The translations under genes and the position numbers were made by a program. Shown one piece after another: positions 13,839 to 26,100 of a stretch of DNA of 64,000 bases. This DNA comes from Macrostomum lignano (taxonomy: Eukaryota). Every line of letters starts with the position of its first letter. Position 1 is the first letter of the stretch. The notes below the pieces were generated by a model. That model did not search any database. It had not been told where the DNA came from and was given only the letters and a program-made list of their open reading frames with translations. Where the stretch lies: NCBI GenBank assembly GCA_002269645.1, contig NIVC01001533.1, positions 208,877 through 272,876 of the forward strand. The letters run 5' to 3'.

Positions 13839-16800
13839 ATTTTTCCCTGGAAAACCTCTAACCCTTAGTCAATGGACACATCTAAAAAGTGTCCAATGTA
13901 TCTAAAAATAAATCAGTAAGTATTATATTCAAATTTCCCGTCCCTAGTTTTTTTATTTCTATTTTTATTTAACGACACGAAAGCTGTAAGTTCTTGCTCG
14001 GATGTGGACACTTTTTGCTATTTGGGCTGAATTTTAACTCTCAGAGGATGCTACAGAAAACACATGGGTTGAAAAAGACAGAGATCGGCTGAAATGAGGA
14101 CAATGACAGTTGCAGTGTTCACGTCAGGCTAAAATGCGACGTGAATAGAAAGTGTAAAAATGTTTGCTTTGTATTTCTTACGCCAGCAAAATTAGTCGAT
14201 GAAGCAAAAGAGGGGCCAGGCGCGGTGCTCGGCTTTACTTTATCAGTTTTCGTTCCAACCCAACACCATCCATTGTTTCATCTCCGGTAGTTCGAGTTTA
14301 AGCCTAGATGGGATTAGTATTTTATTAATCTGTTCCCTGGTCGCGTCTTCTATTCTCGTGTACTTTTTATGTTGCATTGCTGTAACTGAACTGTTGCATT
14401 TCGTGCACTATAACAGCAGAATCCGGCCGCATCAATTTGATGCATTTTTTAGCCAACTGAAAACTTCAACCGATGGCAAAGATTTCTGCCAAAATAAGGC
14501 GCATGGATTCTTTTTTCTTGTACTTTTCTCTATTTAGCGCATTGTGACTGGGGTGACGCAAGTCTCCCCATCTGGTTATTGGAATTTCTATATCTGCGTA
14601 TAGTGGACTGCAAATCGCCGTGACTGAATCAAAGGGGAAGAGAAATTAATACGGCACGAAGAATTATGAGAGGGGTCGGAATTAATGGATGCATGCAGAC
14701 TGTTCAATCAGATGCCGATGCGTGAGCCAAGCTGGTTCCACTATTGGGCTGGGGCCAAGGAGACCCGGACCTAGACCACCCAGAGATGAGATCCAGACTT
14801 CAGGCATCACTTGGCTAACTGAAGTTATCAGAGCATGTTAGTTTGGTTAGACCAAATTTTGTTCATGATCTCATTTAAAGCTGAATAAACGGTTCAACGT
14901 CTCCCTGGCCTTGGCTGGGCTAAGATCCGGGATGTGAATATCATAGCTTAAGATTGCAACTGCGAGCCCCACCCCCCAGTGGGACGCAATAAAAAGTGAC
15001 CCGCGATGATGGTAGAGAATATTTGGCTTCCTTACTGGTTCTCGCGTTCGAGACTTGCACAGATAAATAATTCATTTCGCTTAGACTGCTCAGACAGGAT
15101 TTTCTTAGCCAAATTTACATCTCAAAGAGAAATACATGCAGCGATCTCTGAGAAGATGCCTCTGACAAGCAAGGAGCCGGACAGCGAAAATTAATATTCC
15201 GCGGAATGACCCTGGAAACCAAAACAGCAGCCCACTATTCTCAGCGCTACTCTTTGCCTGCCCTGTACAGTGTTACAGCGCGTAATTCATATTTGAAAGC
15301 TGTGAATTCACGCCCTTATAGTCAATACAACAGCTGCAAACCGGTAGTGGCTGAGGGCAGTCATTATTGAGAATAATTGGTGGGGGGAACTGCAATTTTG
15401 TTACTTATCGATTTTCATCGCCAGCCGCTCTGTAGTCAGAAAGTCATGCAGCTGCGCGGCGGGCTGTCAGTAAGCTGTCAGCCATGTCAGCACTATACTA
15501 TTCAGAAGCTTGTCACGCCCCGCAGGCTCGCTTCTCAACGCCCGGCATGCCACAGCTTACTGACTCACTGCCGGCTTTAATAGTCAACGGCCCACATGAG
15601 GATGCAAGCTCTCCAGTACTCTCTCCCACTGAGTCGGTATTTTTTAATAAGTTTTTTTGTGCTGGATTTATTAACTTTTTTATTTATACTTACAGCTAGC
15701 TATTTTTGTTCCTTCCACCAAGAAAAATTGCAATATTCCGAGAGTTGCAAGCATGCCTGACAGGTTTTAGTAGTCCTTGACCAGCTTTTGATGCAAACCA
15801 GCTTTTGCTTCAACCCGCGAACAATATAACGATTGGATCTAGAAAAAATCTACACACGAACGATTAGAAACGAATGTGCAAAACGAGTGAAGCATAAAAT
15901 GCGTGCTACTTACTCGTTAGTAGCATTTGCGTCTAATAATATCTGTGGTATTCAGAAGACCCGATCGTGGCCGTTAATTGAAAGAAAATAAGTGCAGGTA
16001 AAGAATAAATAGTATCTAGTTCAAGCATATTCCTAAGCTGACAGCTTTTGAGCTAGCAATACTTCTGAAGCCTAGTGCTCTTGATCCACAACGGGAATAA
16101 TAGGATCAATACTTAGTTATATTCCTTCATCATTTGCCCCATCGATATTCTGTTGTTTCTCGTATACGAGTTCAACATGTCCCCACAGGTGTGCCGATTG
16201 GCATGGCAACTGAAATTAATTGCAATGATTTTTCTTACTCCAATTGAATATGAAGATTGTTTCTATTGATTGGGTTGCTGTGTTCTAAAAGGTCATGGAA
16301 TTATCTAGGCTTCTTTTTTTCTATTCTCAGCTAGGCGGCATTGTAAAGAGACAGCAGCCGTCCTATCCAGCCCTGAGCCCATGCAGTTAAATTTAACTCT
16401 TCATCACTTTATATTGCCAAGCATTAATTCGAATTGTACTTTTACCTTTTAGAGCGTGTAGGATGACAAAACCTTGAGATGCATGGAGCTTGAGGCTTTT
16501 TAACGCTCTTGTAATGCTCCGAATTGTAAGTTTAGCAAACACCTGAATAATGCATCGCGCATGAGTTTAAGAGGCGGTAGAAAATTCTCAACACCAATTC
16601 TTCGGGCCACTTGTTCACATTAATTTTTCTTGGCGCCAAAGCAACTCTTGGCGACGCGCACACGGTAAGCTTTCAAGCTTATACAATGAAATCAGTGAGA
16701 ATAAAAGGGGTAATCGAGAAGCGCGAACAGACTGGAAACTGGAACTTGTTACGAAATAACTAACAAAGCTGACCAGAACTATTGCTCTATGCACTGCGCC

Positions 16801-16991
16801 CCGCGGCACGTGTTGCACGGGCCCATGTTCAGCGCCAGACTCGTGCAACTGTTGCGGCGAGAGAGCATTCCATTCTTCAAAATAACTTCTACCGACCTTA
16901 CCAGAAGATTGTTAAAAAGACAGAAAAATGCTAGACTGTAAAGTTTGAAACTAGTGCCAGCACAAATCAGCGCATACTCTCGACAATAGCT

Positions 16992-18828
16992 ATGTCTCAG
17001 CAGCAGCAGGAGGAGGACAAGTACGTGAAAATGTCCGAGGAAGGCGAGGAACATGAAGTTCCAACGCTGACTAGAGGCGAATACATCTTTGTGAAGTTTG
17101 TCCGGCCGGGTCTGGCCAAATTTTTCGGCATGCTACTGTTCGTATTCGTGGACATCATGGCTGTGTATTCCACGCAGAAGATCACTGGAATAGCGATTGC
17201 TCACGGCTTCGGCTTGTTTGTATTGGTGACCGTCATGGCACCCATCAGGTAAATGCTACCGAATTGGCACTTTGGAACTCGTTTCTGGGTTTTTAGTGAG
17301 ACTTAGTGGGCGTCACTTTCTGTAGGCAGGAGTCAGGGAGGCGCATGGTCAAAGAATATTTGTTCAATATTTCATTTCAGCGGCGGCCACCTGAATCCGG
17401 CTGTGTCGCTGCGCGTCTTCGTCGCTGGAAAGAGGACATGGCCGTTGCTGATTTTGTATCCGATTGCCCAGTTGCTCGGTGCTCTGGTTGGCTCCCTGCT
17501 AGCCATGGTGGGTGCATGGCTTCCGAGTCCACGATTTTGCCTGCCGGCAGGCATTCCAAATTTCTCCCGTTGACAATCGCATTCGTTTGCCTATCTCGCA
17601 GGTCTTCAGGATCGGAGTGCCGGAGAGCAAGAGTCCGATGAGCCTGTCAACAGAAACCACCGGGAGCACGAGAATTTCCCGCAGGAAGTTTTCCCGCCGG
17701 GGTTTTCCCGCAGGGTTTTTACAGTCGGAATTTCAAGTCAAATCCAGTCTATAGACAATGCTGGACTAGATTAGAACTAGCCTAGACTAGACTAGTCATT
17801 AACTAGACTAGATTAAAAACTAGACTAGATTAGAACTAGACTAGATTAAAAACTAGACTAGATTAAAAACTAGACTAGATTAGAACTGGACTAGATTAAA
17901 AACTAGACTAGATTAAAAACTAGACTAGATTAAAACTAGACTAGATTAGAACTAGACTAAACTAGATTTCAAATCCGATTACATTTGATTTGAAATTCCG
18001 ACAGGAAAAGCCCTGCGGGCAAACCTCGGCACGAAAACTTCCTGTGGGAAATTCTCATAGACCCAAACCACCCGCTTGGCTGAGCACTTCCCCATCGAAG
18101 GTCTGGATGCCGGACGGGCCATACTGGGAGAAGCAACCATCACTTTCATGCTCGCATCACTTTCATGCTCGTTCTAGTGGTTCTGATGACCACGGATCAG
18201 AAGAACAAGACCGGATTCGCTCCGCTGGCCATTGGCATTGCCGTGCTCTGTGGAGTTCTCTGCAGGTCAGGGTCGCTGAGTGTTAACTTTTTTGAGAAGC
18301 TCTGGGTTTATTTAGGCAATCGTGGGATGTCAACTACTCTACTTTTCCAAGTGACTTTTTAAGTCTATCAAGGGTATTAACTCTATGGTTCTAAACAGAT
18401 GGAGCCAACATCCCTCAACGGTGGTTCAGAAACCTATCGAGTCACTCTTAAATCGTTGCCAACCCGTCCCGTGCAATCACACAGTGGCCACGTGACTGGC
18501 GGCGGCTCAATCAACCCGGTTCGCTCGTTTGGCCCGGCCATTTCAGCTCTGATGATCGGGAACTTCAAGCCAGCCGAGAATCTCTACATTTACTTTTTTT
18601 GCCCCCTGGTTGGCGTGGCCCTGGCCGGCGTTGTATACAAGTAAGTCACGCGTCAATTGGCAATGGCGCAACCAGCACTCATCTACTTACTATAAGTAGC
18701 CACAAAGTACATTTAACAATCAAAAAGAAAACAAAAAATACTGAATTAAAAAGCCGACAATTATCCTTTTCAGAATACTAGCGCCGATTCTCGTTGGGTA
18801 CAAGGACTACTTAAGTTTAACGAAGTGA
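16992..18828 (+). pseudogene. Aquaporin (MIP family, AQP8/TIP-like), disrupted
   Basis: Exons 16992-17248, 17381-17507 (SGGHLNPAVS), 17602-17667 joined to 18061-18265, 18485-18640 (GSINPVRSFGP), and tentative 18774-18828; all GT-AG. A 393-bp insertion with stops lies in exon 3, and a 17-bp tandem duplication at 18138-18171 leads to TAG at 18175. Confidence 0.8.
17668..18060. mobile_element. MITE/foldback element with about 75-bp inverted arms and an internal ACTAG-rich tandem repeat
   Basis: 17670-17743 is the reverse complement of 17983-18056. The interior 17760-17965 is (ACTAGACTAGATTAAAA)-like. Removing 17668-18060 restores the in-frame ...TGS-TQTTRL... Confidence 0.85.
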
Positions 18829-19800
18829 CTTCAGTGGTCTTTGGTTGGGTAATGAAGAAAACGGATTGAGACCGATCGACGAGTGAAGAAGTCTGTTTTT
18901 TGGGACTTTGTTTGCAACCATTCACTCACTAACAGCTATTATTATGGTGTTAAAGCTACACAGCCATTAAGTAGCGTTGAAAAAGTTCTTATTTTTATTA
19001 CGAGCTAGAGTGATTTGAATTTTAACTTGAAAACTTCTAGCTCACATTATATTTAACAGACGTGTTAGTGAGCTGAAGAAAGTATAACATTTTAATTCTT
19101 GTGACACTCTTGTGCTCTGATCTCTAGCGTGATTGAATAGTTTTTTGTTAGGCTCTGTGCACTCTTTGAACATTTTGCTTATGATGAAAGTAGCAGGAAA
19201 CCGTGTAATGAAATAGGGGACAGCGGTTGGTGATCTGGTGTAGCGGTAGCACTCCGTGAGTGTCCTCTATTGAGAGTAGGACCTCGGGATTAGACCAGTA
19301 TTAGGTCAACTTCTCCGTTAGTCGACCTATCTACTCATTTTCAATCTTCTATTCATCTACCGCGAGTCCGTCTTATTCATTGCTGAGATTTGCTTGCCAA
19401 ATTGCGTTGAATCACTCGTATTAAGCGTTTAATTTACAAGTCAATTATCTGAATCCTGTGTATCGAGAATCAAGTAAACGAATTCAAGACCTATTATTAG
19501 TTAGCCCCCGTTATTATCAAAATCAAATGATCACTCAATCTAAATCAATCTGGACTTGTCTTATCCGTGTCATTCATTTACTTGTACCGTACCTGCGACT
19601 ATTGGAGAAAGTTTGGTAGGACTCAATAATTTTAAACTCTCCGATTGCTCCAGTAGGTTTGTCTAGGTCCTAAACTATTTGCCGTATCGTAAATATTACA
19701 GGGACAAGGTAGCAAAAGATCAAGCCGTCTTTTCCGTAGATGAGGACGTCTATGGCCAAGAGACCATTGATTTAGTGCAAAGTCAGCGAGGGGCGAAAAC

Positions 19801-20444
19801 TGACTGACTGACTGACTGACTGACTGACTGACTGACTGACTGACTGACTGACTGACTGACTGACTGACTGACTGACTGACTGACTGACTGACTGACTGAC
19901 TGACTGACTGACTGACTGACTGACTGACTGACTGACTGACTGACTGACTGACTGACTGACTGACTGACTGACTGACTGACTGACTGACTGACTGACTGAC
20001 TGACTGACTGACTGACTGACTGACTGACTGACTGACTGACTGACTGACTGACTGACTGACTGACTGACTGACTGACTGACTGACTGACTGACTGACTGAC
20101 TGACTGACTGACTGACTGACTGACTGACTGACTGACTGACTGACTGACTGACTGACTGACTGACTGACTGACTGACTGACTGACTGACTGACTGACTGAC
20201 TGACTGACTGACTGACTGACTGACTGACTGACTGACTGACTGACTGACTGACTGACTGACTGACTGACTGACTGACTGACTGACTGACTGACTGACTGAC
20301 TGACTGACTGACTGACTGACTGACTGACTGACTGACTGACTGACTGACTGACTGACTGACTGACTGACTGACTGACTGACTGACTGACTGACTGACTGAC
20401 TGACTGACTGACTGACTGACTGACTGACTGACTGACTGACTGAC
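19801..20444. repeat. Perfect (TGAC)n microsatellite, about 644 bp
   Basis: Direct reading. Confidence 0.99.
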
Positions 20445-20455
20445 CTCCGAAAAAA

Positions 20456-20556
20456 GGGTGTGCGTGGTGACCCCCAGTCCTTGGACTGAACAGCCGTACG
20501 CAGCCTTCAGATGCGCCGCGCAGTAGCTGCGGCTGAGCTGTCGGTTGCACATCTGC
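20456..20556 (+). mobile_element. SINE family A, 5'-truncated copy (3' tail only)
   Basis: Reverse complement of the left part of the copies at 4329 and 52091. Confidence 0.8.
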
Positions 20557-22642
20557 TTATCTGCTATGCATTCATACGTAGCATAATCACTAGGTTCAGC
20601 GCTCTTCTCTGCCAATTAAGTCAGTGACGACTTTGAAGTCCAGACTCCGAAAAGAGGTTTGCTGGTCATAATTGTTTGCTGCTACTACGGCCCGTATTAA
20701 CAATATTTTTTTCCATTTTTGTTTTTGCCACAATCGTGGTAGCAAGTTACCGCGGGACTCAGTTTGCCCAACAGTTCCTAAAAAATGGAGCTACCATAGA
20801 CAACATAGGGAATACAAAATTCCGAGTTTTGCTAATCCCGGGATTTTCCTTCCGGATCGGGGTATCTTTGTTCTAATCATTGTTGGTACAATTTAGGTTT
20901 ACGAAGCCATCTAACCTGATTTAAAAGGGCTTTCAATGATGAATGCAGAACAGAATAAAAGATTTTGCAAACAAGAAACTGACAGTTTGCTTTTAACTGG
21001 GTGTACGGGCTGGCGAAATAGGTGTGCCTTTTTACATGCCAGTATCAGCTCAGGAAGATCACACTTGACTGGGGGATGACAGCTTACGAGCTATGGCCCG
21101 AGGTACTGATACCAGGGTAGAGGGGATCAGACCTCACTCTCCCAGGGGCGACCGCCCTAGATGGAGAATTGGTAGCTTGGGTTGTGGTCCGATTAGCAAG
21201 GTCCCACTGTTCTAATCCCAACCACGATCAATCGATCAAGGAGTTTTGAAGCTAAGGGACTGCATTATTACACCTTAAATCTCCTAATGATCTGCTAACA
21301 GCATCTGTTTTGCATCCCTGCAGCCCTAGCCTTCTCACTAGCCTGCATGATTAAAAGATTAATAAATCAAACCAGGACAACTAAGTTATGATTTTCACCT
21401 GACAAGTATCTCAGCTACAGATACTGCATGCTACTCAAGAATGAATTATTGAATTATTGCAAAGCGGAACCGGGATCGGGATCCCGATGGTCGATCCCAG
21501 GATTCGAAATTCCGGACAATTGTGATCTTGGGATTTAGAATCCCGGGATTTGGGCCCGGGATTGCATTCCCTATGGACAACCATCCGCGCGGTGAGCGCG
21601 TTACTCGTTTCACTTATCTCCCTCCAGTGTCTTAAACTGTCTGTGAGAAGCTCAATCGGTCTCCGTAAGAATTCATCTGACATATTAGCTCCAAATGTTG
21701 CGGAATTAAATAGATGATGTCAGCACGATTGAGAAATACTCGTGGTGATTGTGAAGGTCTCCACTGGTGCAGCACTCCAGCACTACAGGGTCGAAATCTG
21801 TCAATTAATCAAGCAGATAGAAAAGCTCGGATCTGAGTTGACCTCAGAGAAATCTCTGACTAGCCTTCTTGCTTTTCTTTTCTTGTAAGCACGATTTACA
21901 TGAAAACATTGTGCTACCCATGTAAACTTACACAAACACACGCTTTACCAGTGGCGCAGAGTTCTTTTACTGAGATTAGTCGTGTTATACGTTGTCAAGC
22001 AGCAGACAAGCAAACTGCGCTCAAAACAACAAAAAACAAAACAAACAGCTTTCAGCACAAAAATTGTTATTGCTTCCGATGGGATGCATGGGATGTTCAT
22101 CTTTTGATATGTGCCTTTCTCATAGCTCTATTGATATTCATAAAGCTTTTTGTTCCAAAAATTAGGATTCTGTATCAACAGTCAACAGTATCAACTGTCC
22201 GCTACCACAACCAGTCCGCTACCTTGCCATCAATACGCGGCCAGGCTCGGTTAAAGTCTTCTCGAAGCAACGTCTTGTAGAAGAAAAGGGTCCGGAAGAG
22301 TGACAACAAAAATAGTGTTAAATTCATGGGTTTTCCGGGCAAAACTACTCAGAAATTCCATAATGTAAAGCGATATTTAAAGCAAGTGCTTGTAACAATC
22401 GTTCGTGGTGGTGAAACATGCTAAAAAAGTCTGGAAGTAAATTGTTATATGTATGTGCCCTCAAGATCGACATGGAAGGAGCATAATATCGATAGACCTA
22501 TCGATAGAGCCATAAAAATATCTATTAAAATGTACGCTGTGAAAGGTTTGAGAATTTTCTAACGATTAGACAGTCAAATTTCTTCAAAGAGAAAGAGAAA
22601 GGATCAAAGAGAATTAATTCCCTCAAATTTACGAATAAGTGG

Positions 22643-22762
22643 GGCAGGACTGCCAGCTAAATAGTGACGAGCTTTTTTGACCGGCAGGACTGCCGGCTAG
22701 TGACGAGCTTATTTGATCGGCAGGAGTGCCGGCTAAATAGTGGCGAGCTTATTTTACCGGTG
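22643..22762. repeat. About 3 copies of a roughly 38-bp unit (GGCAGGACTGCCGGCTAAATAGTGACGAGCTT...)
   Basis: Direct reading; lies about 370 bp upstream of the inferred MDH1 start. Confidence 0.75.
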
Positions 22763-23133
22763 CCAGCTGAATACTCGTAGTACAAACTTACGTCCGGTGA
22801 CCGCCGCGCCGGCCAAGCACTGCTTTATTTTAAACCGAGTTAGGCTTTATCTAAAGAGTAAAACAAAGATTATAAAATATATTATCAGAAAAAATTATTT
22901 ATGCTATCAATAGGAACATCCTAGTAATTTTTTGCTATTTTTTTTTTCTAAATTTAGCTTTTTAAACAGTTTAAGTTAGTGGCGCTACAAGGTCAGTAAA
23001 GTTTTGTCTGAGATATAATTTACATAAGTAATTTTCAAAGTTCATCACGATCTTCTTGCTGCCGAAGTTTGTTTGGATCGAGCTCTGCTACCTTCGTTTG
23101 TTAACTCTCTTCTTGACTTAATCAAAATCTATC

Positions 23134-26100
23134 ATGGCTCAGGTATGTAGTTTTTGCGTCTCTTGTTGACACGATTTGATTTTAGATGAATAAACTTAGA
23201 GAGCCTTTTCATATTGCTTGCTCTGGTTCCAGAACCAGAACCAATTTGTGAAGTATAACTTTTTGTCTCCATAACTAGAGGGAGATACGTGCTATAAAGT
23301 TTTTATTATTGAATGACAATCGCCAAGAAGAAAGTGAAAAATTGTGCTAAGTTAGGTTGTTAAGGCAGTCAAATATTAACAGAGTTTAATAGTTATACTG
23401 CTGTTTTTCTTGGAATTCCGAACCGATTCTGGTTCTGGAATTGGTAATATGAAAAGGCCCAGAGTAGGTCCTATGACTAGGCCTGCCCTAAATTTTATCT
23501 TAGTTAGGCCTAACTATCTTTAAAGCTAAGCTAATCAATGTTTATTGAATTGTTTCATTTTTCGTCAGCTATACAGTTTGTCAACACATTAGCTTTCTAT
23601 AAAAATCCACATATTTGTGGGACATTTCATTACCTCTACAGAAATGAGTCATTTCGAAGGTGCCCGCGCCCTCCTTTATCTCTTTTATTTAAATTATTTC
23701 CTTTATTCTCCTTTATCTCCTTTATCTCTTTTATTTAGAAGATTTTTGGGACTCTCTCTTTTATTTTAGCCACTTTAGCTCCTAGCACTTGTGGGGAAAT
23801 CCAAAAATCGGGGGCAAGTTTTATGAAAATTCGTTTTTTGGCAATTTGAAAGCAATAAAGCTATAAAATAAATTTATTCAAGTTTTTAAAACGTTAAAAA
23901 GTCTATTAAAGCACAAATTATTTTCGTATAGCTTTATTTTTAATAAAATGATTTGTTAAAACGGTAAGTTTAATTACGACCTAAAATGAGTCTAATGAAA
24001 ATGATTGAAAAGCTATAATAATGTATTTTATTAACTTTAACTATCTTATAATGTTACACTCTATAATTCTACAACATATTTAACATTATTTTAAGGTTTT
24101 ATTTGTTTATCACTTTCGTTACTCTTGACAACGTGCATTTTGTAGAGTTCGTTTGCAATAAATTGTATTCAACGTAAGTTTATTATTTAAACATACAAAT
24201 TCCCGTAAGGATCGGAAAATTGCATTTTACTCAGCTTCTACTAAAGCGATTTGGAAAATTCTTTTTTTCCTGCATACACGCCGCGATGATACATGTTTTA
24301 GTGTAATTTCATTTTTCTTCGTCGCTTAATAAGCATACAGTAAGCATCTGATTTGGAAGCCGGGTAACACATTGGAATTCCCATAAGGATTGGAAAATTG
24401 CATTTTACTCAGCTTCTACTGAAGCGATTTGGAAAATTCTTTTTTTCCTGCATACACGCCGCGATGATACATGTTTTAGTGTAATTTCATTGTTCTTCGT
24501 CGCTTAATAAGCATACAGTAAGCATCTTATTTGGAAGCCGGGTAACACATTGGAATTCCCATAAGGATTGGAAAATTGCATTTTACTCAGCTTCTACTGA
24601 AGCGATTTGGAAAATTCTTTTTTTCCTGCATACACGCCGCGATGATACATGTTTTAGTGTAATTTCATTGTTCTTCGTCGCTTAATAAGCATACAGTAAG
24701 CATCTGATTTGGAAGCCGGGTAACACATTGGAATTCCCATAAGGATAGGAAAATTGCATTTTACTCAGCTTCTACTGAAGCGATTTGGAAAATTCTTTTT
24801 TTCCTGCATACACGCCGCGATGATACATGTTTTAGTGTAATTTCATTGTTCTTCGTCGCTTAATGAGCATACAGTAAGCATCTGATTTGGATGCCGGGTT
24901 CACATTTTGTGGTACCATTTTTTACCCAAAATTTTTAAGTCTAAATATAGGCATATTACAAATACTAATACTATGCAAGTTGATATTTAAATGAAAGAAA
25001 ACAACTTAAAGATTATTTTGCAACAAGGAATTAGCGATATATTTACTTTTAGAAAAAGATGTTTGCTGGCAAACTTTGCACTTTATATTAGTATGAATTT
25101 TTGCGAGTTTATATGGTTTTAGAAAAACTTTGAAATCCTTAGAAATACTTCATCTTTTTGAATTGAATAAAAAGTAAAACACAGATTACTTTCTGTTTTG
25201 TAAGTAGTAAAAAAATTAGCCTTCTCTAAGGCCTACAAGTCTTAAAATTAATTGTTTAATAATGAAAAAAAGTGAAACAAAAAATTGCAAATCGGTCAAC
25301 TCGGACTTTCAAAATGCTTTTTTGTGGTTTTTTCTTATTTATTCAACAATATAAAGCATGAAAACAATAGTTTTTATCCAGAACTATTTTCTAAGGACCT
25401 ATCTATCTTTCAAAAACCTTTTTTAGATACATTACTTTCCATCGAATGTCCGCAGATTTGTTTTACTGTTTTATCCCACGTTTTTGGATTTCGCCTTGTA
25501 CTTAATGTGTTGTTACTTTAGGGTCCTTTTAAATAATCATTTTTAAGACTATTTTCCTAGGCAAAGTTATGTAGAAAAATAGTTTATAAGTCTCAACAAA
25601 GGTTTGTATATATGATTAGTTAATATTTGAACAAACTTTAAAGCAGCAACCCTAGATTAGCCACAATATTAGATATGTGGAACTGTGGAGCTAGAAATAT
25701 ACAATTTCTTCTTAGGACTGCAAATTAGCTAGAAAGATGATATGATCAAAGTAGTCAACAAATAGGCCACAGAATAAAACAACCATAAGAGTATTATGTC
25801 CCTTGAGAGTACAACTGGGAGAGTACATGAGTACAACTGGCTTTTAAAGCAAGGATTGGTAGATTTTTACCTTAAAGGCCAGATAAAGAATCCAGCTAAT
25901 TGCTGCAAGGGCAGATAAAAATGGAAAGAAGAATGAATAGACAATAAGAGAAAAAAGAAGTAAGAGAAGGGATAGGAGAATAGATAAAAATATAAGAAGA
26001 GACAGGAGGGTAAGGAGAGAGAGTAGAGAAGAGGGAGGAAGGAAAAGGAGTGCAAGGACAATGGAAGGGAAAAGAGGCAAATAAGAAAGACAAGAAGAGA

